This document shows, one piece after another, positions 1-9,000 of a stretch of 64,000 bases of DNA (positions are counted from its first letter, which is position 1; every line of letters begins with the position of its first letter). The notes beneath the pieces are model-generated. The model saw only the letters and a list, made by a program, of their open reading frames with translations, had not been told where the DNA came from and did not search any database. The translations under genes and the position numbers were made by a program. Origin of the DNA: Planctomycetota bacterium. Lineage in GTDB: Bacteria > Planctomycetota > Brocadiia > JAADGH01. Location: assembly GCA_040755855.1 (NCBI GenBank), contig JBFMAD010000007.1:120731-184730 (forward strand), read 5' to 3'.

Positions 1-397
1 GGTCCTGCTGGCCATGAATCTCGATAAGGCGGCGACCCACGTCGCGGAGCATGGCGACGGTCACCGGACGACCGTTAAGGCGACACCGGCTCCGCCCCTC
101 CACGTCCACCGTCCGGCTGATGACCATCTCATCCTCAACGTCCGTACCCAGGATGCCGCCGAGTTCCTCGCGAAGGGTTCCCCCCGGCAGATCAAAGACC
201 CCATCCACCGACGCCTCTTTCGCTCCGGTGCGAACCTGCCCCGCCGAGGCGCGCCCCCCAAGCAGGAGCTGCAGCGCGCCGATGAGCAGCGACTTGCCCA
301 CACCAGTTTCCCCCGTCAGGACATTCAGTCCCGGGGAAAACTCGACCCGGGCCTCTTCGATCAGGGCGAAATCTTTGACACAGATCTCGCGGAGCAT
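1..397 (-). CDS. recN: DNA repair protein RecN, N-terminal part (runs off the window edge)
   Basis: Not in the ORF track; manual translation from ATG at 397 gives MLREICVKDFALIEEARVEFSPGLNVLTGETGVGKSLLIGALQLLLGGRA, the RecN N-terminus with Walker A GETGVGKS; GAGGAG upstream. Confidence 0.95.
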   Translation of the reverse strand, partial: MLREICVKDFALIEEARVEFSPGLNVLTGETGVGKSLLIGALQLLLGGRASAGQVRTGAKEASVDGVFDLPGGTLREELGGILGTDVEDEMVISRTVDVEGRSRCRLNGRPVTVAMLRDVGRRLIEIHGQQD

Positions 398-422
398 CGC
401 TGTGGCAATCTCTCCTCAAAGA

Positions 423-746
423 TTACTGCACGGCTGTGCCCGCAGGCACATCCTTGTCCGGGACGAGCAGGACGACTGCACCGTCGCCGGCGACGGCCGC
501 CAGGATCATTCCGTTGCTCTCGACGCCTCGCAGCTTGGCGGGGGCAAGGTTATTCACCACTACGATTTTCTTTCCCACCAGTTCCTCGTTGCTGTAGTGG
601 CCCCTGATGCCGGCGACGATCTGCTTCTGCTCGCCGCCGACGTCAATCTGCATCACCGTCAGCTTGTTGGCGTTCGGATGGTCCGCAGCGGATTTGATTT
701 CCGCAACCCTGATCTCCAGTTTCTTGAATTCGTCAAACGTGACCAT
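423..746 (-). CDS. Stand-alone tRNA-binding OB-fold protein (Trbp111/CsaA/MetRS C-terminal-like)
   Basis: MVTFDEFKKLEIRVAEI...HPNANKL...KQIVAGI...NLAPAKLRGVESNGMILAA; start trimmed to ATG 746, which follows GGGAG. Confidence 0.9.
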   Translation of the reverse strand: MVTFDEFKKLEIRVAEIKSAADHPNANKLTVMQIDVGGEQKQIVAGIRGHYSNEELVGKKIVVVNNLAPAKLRGVESNGMILAAVAGDGAVVLLVPDKDVPAGTAVQ

Positions 747-818
747 TTGTGTCGTTCTCCCAGCAAGATTCCCTTGGATGCTCTGCCGAAAACGCAATTC
801 TAACACGGTTGATTGCGG

Positions 819-1559
819 CTACCAAGTAAAAAATCCGGCGTGTAGGAGGATGGTGTAGAGGATCTTTACGCCCGCGCCGATCGCGCCGCGCAGCGTGCCG
901 CTGATCTTTGATTCGCCGATCCGGACGCGATACGAGACGGGGACCTCGCACGTCTTCAGGCCAAGGCGGGCCGCCTTGATCTGCATCTCGATCGTCCAGC
1001 CGTACCCTCGGTCGCGTATCTGCATCGCATCGAGCGCCGATCGCCGAACGGCCCGGAAGGGGCCGAGGTCCGTGTAAGTAACATGGAGCAAGACCCGCAT
1101 AAGGAAGCAGGCAAGTTTATTCCCGAAGCGCGCCTGGACGGGCATGGATCCTCTCTCCCGGCGGCCCAGGGAGCGCGAGCCGATGACGAGATCGGCCCGC
1201 CCCTCGCGGATGGGATCGAGGAGGAGCGCCATCTCGTCGGGGTGGTCGCTGTAGTCCCCGTCGAGGAAGACGACGATTTCCGTCTTCGGATCGAGCACGG
1301 CGATCCCTCGCAGACATGCGGCGCCGTAACCGCGCTCCGGCTCGCGGACCACCCGCGCCCCCGCGGCGCGGGCCATCTCGGGGGTTGCGTCGGTCGAGCC
1401 GTTGTCTACAACGATGATCTCGTCGGCCAGGTCTGCCGGGATGTCGGCGATGACCCGGCCGATGGCCCGTTCCTCATTCAGGGCAGGGATGATGACAGAT
1501 ACGCGCAGTGTGCTTGGTTGGGGTGACGGAGTAATGGAGTGTTGGGGTGATGGGTGCAC
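819..1559 (-). CDS. Glycosyltransferase family 2 (DPM1-like)
   Basis: VSVIIPALNEE, IVVDNGSTD, RGYGAAC, FLDGDYSD motifs. Confidence 0.92.
   Translation of the reverse strand: MHPSPQHSITPSPQPSTLRVSVIIPALNEERAIGRVIADIPADLADEIIVVDNGSTDATPEMARAAGARVVREPERGYGAACLRGIAVLDPKTEIVVFLDGDYSDHPDEMALLLDPIREGRADLVIGSRSLGRRERGSMPVQARFGNKLACFLMRVLLHVTYTDLGPFRAVRRSALDAMQIRDRGYGWTIEMQIKAARLGLKTCEVPVSYRVRIGESKISGTLRGAIGAGVKILYTILLHAGFFTW
1518..1553. repeat. Four-unit 8-bp tandem array (GGRGTRAY-like) inside the GT2 5' end
   Basis: GGGGTGAC GGAGTAAT GGAGTGTT GGGGTGAT read directly; same unit family as 12107-12204. Confidence 0.8.
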
Positions 1560-1581
1560 GAGTCAATCAAGCACAATAGGG

Positions 1582-1616
1582 AATCCTCCCGGAGGTTGGA
1601 TGCCTCCGGAAGGATT
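1582..1616. repeat. Intergenic palindrome (REP-like hairpin)
   Basis: AATCCTCCCGGAGG-ttggatg-CCTCCGGAAGGATT, 14-bp arms with one mismatch. Confidence 0.65.
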
Positions 1617-1624
1617 GAGATCCA

Positions 1625-2605
1625 TCAGACCAATGACTCTATCTTGACCGGCTTGCCCGTCTCCATGGACTTGTTCGCGGCCGTGGAGAGCTGCAGCGAT
1701 CTTACGGCGTCGGCGTAGGGCGACTTGATCTGCGACGCATCGCCCGTCCTGACGGCGTCAATGAAGGCCTTGTCAATGGCAAGCTGATAGTTATTTTCCA
1801 CCACGCTCTGCTCCGGCTCTGCGCCCTTGCGGTGGACGGTGGTTGACTTGCGCTCCTTGTATTCGATGAAGCAGTCCTTGCAGAAGATGTCCAGACCGCC
1901 GCGGTTGCCCACGCTCAGGAAGCAGGCCGAGAAGACAACGGCCACGAGGCCGCTCGCGAAACGCAGTGTGACGGCCGAGGCGTCCTCGATGTCATAATTC
2001 TCCACGTCCGCCATCAGGCCCTTCGTGCCGCCGGCATAAACCTCCGCCACCTCGCCGAAGAGGTAACGGCACATGTCGAAGATGTGGGTCGTCTGCTCGA
2101 CGGCCTGTCCGCCCGATTGGGCCTTCACGCGCCACCAAGCCACACCCGGCATCCCGCCCATCCAGTAGCCCATCACCATGCCCGGCTTGCGCTCGCGGAG
2201 GAGGCCCTGGAGTTTTTCGATGATGTCGAGGTAGCGGTCCTGGTAGCCGGTGGCCGTGATGAGGCCGGCGTCTTTGATCTTCTTGGCGAGCGCCGCCGCC
2301 TTACGCGCGTCCACATGGACGGGCTTCTCGACGAACATGTGGAGGCCCTTCTTGATGACCGCATCCTCGATCTTGCCGTGGGCGAAGGGGGGCAGGCAGA
2401 CGTAAACCGCGTTGAGGTCTTCCTTCCTGAGCATCTTGCGGTAGTCGGTGTATGCCTTCGCGTTATGCTCCTGCGCCGCCTGCTGAACCTTCTCCTCCAC
2501 CACATCGCACAGGGCGACGATTTCCACATCGGGAAGCTGGGTAAGGTTGCGCCTGTGCATCTTGGAAATGCCGCCTGTGCCGATGAAACCAACCCGAACC
2601 GCCAT
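1625..2605 (-). CDS. Gfo/Idh/MocA family NAD(P)-dependent oxidoreductase
   Basis: VGFIGTGGIS Rossmann motif, HMFVEKP, EQTTHIFD; GAGGAGG RBS. Confidence 0.93.
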   Translation of the reverse strand: MAVRVGFIGTGGISKMHRRNLTQLPDVEIVALCDVVEEKVQQAAQEHNAKAYTDYRKMLRKEDLNAVYVCLPPFAHGKIEDAVIKKGLHMFVEKPVHVDARKAAALAKKIKDAGLITATGYQDRYLDIIEKLQGLLRERKPGMVMGYWMGGMPGVAWWRVKAQSGGQAVEQTTHIFDMCRYLFGEVAEVYAGGTKGLMADVENYDIEDASAVTLRFASGLVAVVFSACFLSVGNRGGLDIFCKDCFIEYKERKSTTVHRKGAEPEQSVVENNYQLAIDKAFIDAVRTGDASQIKSPYADAVRSLQLSTAANKSMETGKPVKIESLV

Positions 2606-2631
2606 ACGATTTCCTCCTCATAAGAATAATG

Positions 2632-2659
2632 AAAAACTCCCGCCCTTGGGAACGGGAGT
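2632..2659 (-). terminator. Intrinsic terminator-like hairpin downstream of the anti-sigma gene
   Basis: Minus strand ACTCCCGTTC-CCAA-GGGCGGGAGT followed by a T run. Confidence 0.55.
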
Positions 2660-2743
2660 GCACTACTACAATCCAAACCGAGCGGGCAAGTCAAGGAAAA
2701 AATTGGGTGGGATATGCAGCAGGACCCGGGGTTCACCAATACC

Positions 2744-4264
2744 CTATTCGGCCTGCTGGAAGAGGATCGTGAGGTGAATCGTTCCAGGTCTTGGAGCGGC
2801 CTGTTCGAGTTCCTGAGCAAATCGCGGCTGATTCATTAGCCCGGCGTCGCCCCGCTCGTCCCATTGGGGCATGACAACGAGGTTAAGCCGCTTCAGGTCA
2901 CCCAGAAAGGCACGAAATTGGTTCGCAGCGATGCGGGTCTGGAGTCGAGAGACGCCCTCCTCCTGCTGCATCGGGGCGTCGAGCCGTCCGGCGACGACAT
3001 CGCCCTCGGCCTTGGGGGGATACTTCGTCTGGAGGAGGGACTGCACGCGCTCCATGTCGGCCTGGGGGTTGCGCGAGCGGATGACAAGGGTCCGCAGTTC
3101 GGCCTCGGGGGCCGGTCCGTGCACTGCCTTTCCGGCGACCTCCCCCGCGACCTTCCCGACTTTCTGTTCCGCCGCAGCGGGGCGGGGAGGCTCGGCAGCG
3201 GGAGCAGTCTGGGCCTCGGCAGGGGCGGCCTTCAGCCGCATCCCCAGCTCGCGTTCTTCCTTTGCCTTTGCGACCACGGTTTCCGGACGAGGGGCCGCGG
3301 GAATCCCGATCTTCGTCTGGACTTCCGCCTCGGCCTTCGTCTCGGCGCCGCCGCGACGGAAAAGGCCTTCTTTCTCCATGCCCACATCCGCCCCCTTCTT
3401 CGCCTCAACCGTCGGCCTCGGCGCAGCTTGAAGGGCGGCATCCTTTCGCGCCTCTTCGTTTCGGCGGACCTCAGCCTTATCTCTGTCGGCGAGCGTCGCG
3501 ATCTCCTTCTTCTCTTGGGACTTCTCACCGATAACAGGCATCTCCGGGGCCTTTGCAAGGGGCTGGGGGGCAGGGGCGAGTTCCGCAACCGGCTTGGCCG
3601 GCGCAACGATGACGTTCGACCCCGGCGTGGCGGGGAGGACGTTCTTCTCCGCAAGGGCTTGGCGGGTGGCTTTCGTGTCTTCCGGTTCGGCGGCGGGTCT
3701 GCGTCGTCCCGCCTTGTCGCGGTAGGCAAATCCGTCCGCCTCTCGATCCTCAGCAAGGCCCCTTGCCTTGAGTTCGGGTTCGGCCTCTTTCTTGGCTATT
3801 TTACCGAGGGACGATCTCTCGGCGGCCTTTTCTTCCGCCACTTCCGCCAGCTCCCGTTCCCTCGTTTCCTTCGTGGCAACGTCGGCTACGGAGGAGGGTT
3901 TCTCCGCCGGGGCCGCAGATTCCATAGGCGCCATAGGCGTTTGCTTCCGCATGAGGAAGGTAACGGACACGACGAGGAGCACCGCCGCCGCGGCGAGGAG
4001 CGACCCCACCACGCGCGCCGACGGCCAGATGATCCTACCCCGGTCTTCCTCCGCCAGTGTCTGGGAGACGTTGTCGGCCAACGTCGCCGGCGCCGTCACC
4101 CTGGACAGCGAACCTACGAGCTTCACCGTCGCCTTCAGGGCGTCCAACTCGCGGCGGCAGTTGGCGCAGCCCGCCACGTGGAACTCAACGGCCTCGCGCT
4201 GTTCGACGTCGAGTTCGTCGTCAATGTATTCCGAGAGAAGGTCTATGGCTTCTTCGCACTTCAT
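2744..4264 (-). CDS. Membrane-anchored zinc-finger (zf-HC2) anti-sigma factor with long A/E/K/P-rich extracytoplasmic region
   Basis: True start MKCEEAIDLLSEYIDDEL at 4264 (ATGA overlap with sigma stop); HVAGCANC = HxxxCxxC; TM helix LLAAAAVLLVVSVTFL. Confidence 0.88.
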   Translation of the reverse strand: MKCEEAIDLLSEYIDDELDVEQREAVEFHVAGCANCRRELDALKATVKLVGSLSRVTAPATLADNVSQTLAEEDRGRIIWPSARVVGSLLAAAAVLLVVSVTFLMRKQTPMAPMESAAPAEKPSSVADVATKETRERELAEVAEEKAAERSSLGKIAKKEAEPELKARGLAEDREADGFAYRDKAGRRRPAAEPEDTKATRQALAEKNVLPATPGSNVIVAPAKPVAELAPAPQPLAKAPEMPVIGEKSQEKKEIATLADRDKAEVRRNEEARKDAALQAAPRPTVEAKKGADVGMEKEGLFRRGGAETKAEAEVQTKIGIPAAPRPETVVAKAKEERELGMRLKAAPAEAQTAPAAEPPRPAAAEQKVGKVAGEVAGKAVHGPAPEAELRTLVIRSRNPQADMERVQSLLQTKYPPKAEGDVVAGRLDAPMQQEEGVSRLQTRIAANQFRAFLGDLKRLNLVVMPQWDERGDAGLMNQPRFAQELEQAAPRPGTIHLTILFQQAE

Positions 4265-4890
4265 CCCGTCTCTCCTGCTTGCGCCGTCCGGGGTCCTTCG
4301 ACGTCCATGAGCGGCTTCAACTTTTCCCGCAGTTCCAGCCGAGCCCGATGCAGCCGTGATTTCACTGTGCCCCGCGGGCAGCCGATGATCTCGGCGATTT
4401 CTTCGTAGCGATACCCCTCGATGTCCTTCAGGACTACCACCGCGCGGTAGTCGCCGTCGAGGGAGTCGATGGCGTCTTGGATCAGTTGTTCGCGTTCTTT
4501 TTCGGCCATGATCTCTGATGGCTCCGCACTCGTGTCGGGTGGATCGTCGGAGCCGCGCCCATCGGGACCGGGGTTGCTCCGATCGATCGGCACCGTCCGT
4601 ATCTTCCGCTTTGCCCCGGCCTTGCGGCGGTGATTGATGACCTCGTTGACGGCGATGCGATGCAGCCATGTGGACACGGCGGCCTGGCCGTGGAAGCCGC
4701 GCATGGCCCGGAAGGCGCGGATGAAGACCTCCTGGGCGATGTCGCTGGCGTCCTCGCGGTCGCCCACGCACCGGTAAACCAGGTTGAAGATGCGGTCCTG
4801 GTGCCTGCGCATCAGTTCATCGTAGGCCGCGCGATCGCCGCGTTTGCAGCGTTCGACCAGTTCTGTGTCCTCAACAGGCTTCTCGCTCAA
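4261..4890 (-). CDS. ECF sigma-70 factor (RpoE/SigW-like)
   Basis: DASDIAQEVFIRAF, STWLHRIAVN (region 2), YEEIAEIIGCPRGTVKSRLHRAR (region 4). Confidence 0.95.
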   Translation of the reverse strand: MSEKPVEDTELVERCKRGDRAAYDELMRRHQDRIFNLVYRCVGDREDASDIAQEVFIRAFRAMRGFHGQAAVSTWLHRIAVNEVINHRRKAGAKRKIRTVPIDRSNPGPDGRGSDDPPDTSAEPSEIMAEKEREQLIQDAIDSLDGDYRAVVVLKDIEGYRYEEIAEIIGCPRGTVKSRLHRARLELREKLKPLMDVEGPRTAQAGETG

Positions 4891-4908
4891 TCTCCGCCCT
4901 GCACTTTC

Positions 4909-4937
4909 TTAGACGCAGGTTGTGCACAAAAGTTTCG
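4909..4937 (-). promoter_or_regulatory. ECF-type (autoregulatory) promoter
   Basis: Minus strand GAAAC-16 nt-CGTCTAA directly upstream of the sigma gene; matches the SigW/RpoE-type AAC...CGT consensus. Confidence 0.75.
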
Positions 4938-4966
4938 ATGAAGGGCCTTCTTTCCCCTGCCATATT

Positions 4967-5881
4967 CTACGACAGTTCCAGCATCTTTTCGATGGCCCTG
5001 CGGGCCTTGTCGGCAATATCCGCAGGCACGTCAATCTCAAAGACCATGTCCTCCAGGGACCAAACGAGCTTCTGGAGCGTGGTGAGTTTCATGTTCGGGC
5101 AATCGGCGAACTCGGTCACGGGATAGAACTTCTTGCCCGGGTTCTCCTTCCGCAAGCGATGGAGAATACCCATCTCCGTGCCGATGATGAATTCCTTCGC
5201 GTCGCTCTGGCGGCAGAATTTCAGGATCCCGGACGTGCTGGCCACATGGTCGGCGACGGCGATAGTATCCTCCATGCACTCCGGGTGGACGACGACCAGC
5301 GCGTTCGGGTGGCGTTCTTTATGGATTTCGATCTCTTCCGGGATGATGCGCTCGTGGGTCGGGCAATAGCCGTCCCAGAGGATGACATTCTTCCGTCCGA
5401 GCTGCTCGGCGGCCCACCGGCCCAGATGTTTGTCGGGGACGAAGATGATCTCCCGGTCCGCCGGGATCGAGGCCATGATCTTGGCGGCGTTGGCGGACGT
5501 GCAGCAGATGTCGCTCTCGGCCTTGACGGCGGCGGTGCTGTTCACGTAGCAGATGACGGCGGCGCCGGGGTGTTCCTTTTTCTTCTCGACAAGCTCGCGG
5601 ACGGTGACCATGTTGGCCATGGGACATCCCGCGTTCGGGTCGGGCATGAGGACGGTCTTGTGGGGATTGATAAGCTTGGCGGTCTCGGCCATGAAGTGGA
5701 CGCCGCAGAAGAGGATCACGTCGGCCTCGGTGCGAGCGGCCTCCTGGGACAGGCCGAGGCTGTCGCCGACGAAATCGCCGATGTCCTGGATCTCCCCGCG
5801 CTGGTAGTTGTGGACGAGGATGACGGCGCTGCGCTGTCGCTTGAGTTCTTGAATTCTCTCGACGAGGTTCCCGTTGGTCAT
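4967..5881 (-). CDS. nadA: Quinolinate synthase
   Basis: VHNYQ, GDSLGLS, FCGVHFMAETAK, AGCPMA, GYCPTH, VHPEC, CPNMK. Confidence 0.97.
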   Translation of the reverse strand: MTNGNLVERIQELKRQRSAVILVHNYQRGEIQDIGDFVGDSLGLSQEAARTEADVILFCGVHFMAETAKLINPHKTVLMPDPNAGCPMANMVTVRELVEKKKEHPGAAVICYVNSTAAVKAESDICCTSANAAKIMASIPADREIIFVPDKHLGRWAAEQLGRKNVILWDGYCPTHERIIPEEIEIHKERHPNALVVVHPECMEDTIAVADHVASTSGILKFCRQSDAKEFIIGTEMGILHRLRKENPGKKFYPVTEFADCPNMKLTTLQKLVWSLEDMVFEIDVPADIADKARRAIEKMLELS

Positions 5882-5920
5882 GCGCGGCTTCTCAGACGAA
5901 ACATGGTTTCCGAAAATTTA

Positions 5921-5949
5921 ATAATAGTTCAAAGCGCTACCGGAGGCAA
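5921..5949 (-). promoter_or_regulatory. Sigma70-type promoter for nadA
   Basis: Minus strand TTGCCT-17 nt-TATTAT. Confidence 0.55.
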
Positions 5950-6080
5950 GGTAAAATTTACGGCAGGGGGTAACATGCCCCTCTGTGCCTGCATTGTTTG
6001 GGTTCTTGATTCTGGGTAGGAGTTTCCATAGGATTTGCGCTCGGTAAGAAACCAAGTTCCTCTCTGTCGAGGGTGCAAGC

Positions 6081-9000
6081 ATGCAGACATTCATGTACTG
6101 GTGGACCGTTGCCTGTGTTCTCTCGTTTATTTTATGCGTCTGCGATGAAGGAACGTGCCAGACGGAGACGATCAGCCCGCTCACGCAACTGAAGAAGCAC
6201 TACCCGGATACCGACCTCGTCCGCGACGGCGCGGCCCGGGCGGCCATCTACCATCCCTCATTGCCCGATTACGAAACCGCGGCGAAGGAACTGTCTCAGA
6301 AGTTCCGTGAACGGTTCGGCTTCGAACTACCCGTCCGTCCCGACGATGCCAACCGCGCGTGGCGAAAGGAAACCGGCCACGTCATTGCGATGGGCAACGT
6401 GGGCAATAGTCTTCTGATCCGATGGTTGTACCTGCGGGAGTTCTTCGCGCCATCCTCGAACCGGCAGATTCGCACCGTGCACGACCCCTGGGGCGAAGGG
6501 CGCAATGCGGTGCTCCTGGCCGGGGTGGACCTGAGCGATGTCAAGGCGAACTTCACTCCCCTGTTGGACCGGCTTCAACGGCCGCAGCCGAACACGCTAA
6601 TCCTCCCTCAAACGCTCGATCCGGCCCCAGCCGTTGGGGATGACATCAAGGCGCAGATTGACGAGCATCGCAGGGATCTCCCCAAAATGCCGCTCAATTA
6701 CCCGGCCTATCATGCAGGGTGGGTATGCAAGCATTATCCACGCCTCGGATTCGACGGATTCATTCCGCTATATCGTGAGTCCCTGCAACGCCTGGTCCAG
6801 ACAAAATCCTACTGTCACCTTTATCTGTTCCGGGAGAGCAGGGGATGGGACGTGATCGAGGAGGCCCCTTCGCTGACCGACGAAGACCGGCTCATGATTA
6901 CCAACTTTTTCCGCAACTCCGTAGCCTCCGAGAAGGAAGGGATTGGGTCGCTGCGTAAGCTCCTGAAGGGCAAGCGGCTCATCCAGGGCAACCACCAGTC
7001 GCAGACCGCCTGCGGCATTATGGTGGTGGCCGACTACCTTCGGAGATACTATCCCAGCGAATTGCACGAGCAGTGGTATAAGGACGCACTCGCCTTTTTT
7101 GAGCCGTACCGCGCCAAGGGGTGTTACCTCGGCGACGACGAGGGGATGCAAGCCGCATCCATTGACAACATCATGAACGCGGTGTATTTGACGGATGACG
7201 ATCCGGCAAGCCACCCGTTCCTTCAACGCACGCTCGATCGCCTGATGCCCAACTACAACAACTTTGGGATGTGGCCGTCCTTCGGCGACAACTACGCCTC
7301 CTATCGCTTTGGCGCCGGTTTCTATATGAATGGGGCGCAAATCTACGGCAAACCGGAATACCTGTGGATGTACCACTTCATCACCAATGCCAGCCCGACC
7401 GCCGCCCCGAAGATTCCAACAGAGAAGCCAAAAGCCGGCTGGTGGCCGATTGACTTCGCCCCGCGGCAGCCGGAGGGTTTCGTCGGACTCCAGTGGTCTG
7501 AGCCGGATGAGACGCTGTTCAGCCTGGCGAAGTCCAAGTGGGCGGAGGAGAACAAGGTGTCCGTCTCCGACTGCTTTGGCCGAGCCGCATTCCGCGCGGG
7601 AATCAACCCCCAGGACGACTACCTGCTCCTGGACGGTGTGCACCTGGGCCATGCCTATGACGACCAGAACGGGATTCTCGAATACTCAACGCTGGGCCGG
7701 ACGTTTCTCGTCTCGCGGGACTACAACTACGGGTCGGCGCTCTCCGCCCACAATGTCGTCGCCGTCAGCGTGAACGGCATGGCCGACATTGATCCCTGTC
7801 CCCTTGCGACACGTCGCCTGTGGGCCAACCTCCCGTCGTTTGCCGCCACGCGCACCGTGCTCTACACCGACGGCCACTCCTCTGCGCATCATGTGGACTC
7901 CCCCAGCGCGGACTGGGAACGCAACATCCTCTGGCTCAAGAACCAGTTCTTCATCGTGTTTGACCGCGTCGTTGCGCGGCAGGAAGGAATGCACTCGGCG
8001 GTCGGCTTCTGGCGAATGGTGGGCGACCGCCACGACCTGCCGGACGGCATGGAGATGAGGCAGCAGGCAGGCGACCAGGAGGTCCGGTTTCGCCTGGCGG
8101 TTCAAGGCGCGGATTACGTTGCAATAGGAAAGGATGAAGACCCCCAGGCCACGTATGCCTTCGGTCGCTATGGCAAGCAGCCGCCTCCCATGGACAACGT
8201 GCCGCCGGTGGTTCACATGCTCAAGGCTCACAAGGCGCGGCAACTCAAGCCGGGGGAGTCGTTCACTATGGCGACCTGCTTCTGGGCCGGTTCCGCGCAG
8301 CGACCGAACGAGATCACATGCCGTGCGGTTTCTTCGGATGCGGTGCGGATCGAAGTGAACGGAGAGGCGATGCTCGCCGCGCGGGGGGACGTCTCTCTGC
8401 CGGGTCTGATGGCGCAGGCGGAGATGTCGCTCATTGCACGCCAGAGGGTGTGCATGGTTGCAGGACGGAAACTTTCGCTGGGCGAACGGGTCGCCTTTGA
8501 GGCGCAGACCCCTATCTCCTTCGAATGGGATTTGGCGTCGGGGCAGTGTCACGTGGAAGCCAAGCAGGCGACGAAGGCGTCCTGGAATGGACAGATGTTT
8601 GACATTCCCGCGGGCCGAAGCATTCACGCGGTCAAGGAGGATGGCATAGCTGAGGCGCTGGCGGCCGCGCTGAAATCCATGCCTGCGCTTCCATCCACCC
8701 AAACGACACACTTGCCGAAGGCCGAGGGGCGACTGAAGGTGGTCGGCGCGCGCCAAGGGGCCAGCGGCGTGGAATGCCTCTGGGCCGGAAAACTTGGCCC
8801 GGACGGAGATCATGTCATCGTGGGCTACCGCGACGGGGGCGTGGAGGCGCTGAAAGGCATTGCGCTTGACCCAAGCTGGACCTATCGTTGCGCTGGCGTC
8901 GTGAACAGCATTGACGCGGGCGACCTGAACGGCGACGGGGTGTTCGAGGTCGCGGTCGGGTCGGACGACCACCACCTCCACGCGCTGACGCACGGCGGCA

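Noticed and set aside
14..803. Plus-strand ORFs of 197 and 250 aa
   Set aside because: Antisense shadows of recN and the tRNA-binding gene; no motifs.
4265..4771. N-terminal extension of the 675-aa ORF
   Set aside because: Arg-rich alternative frame inside the sigma gene; real anti-sigma start is 4264.
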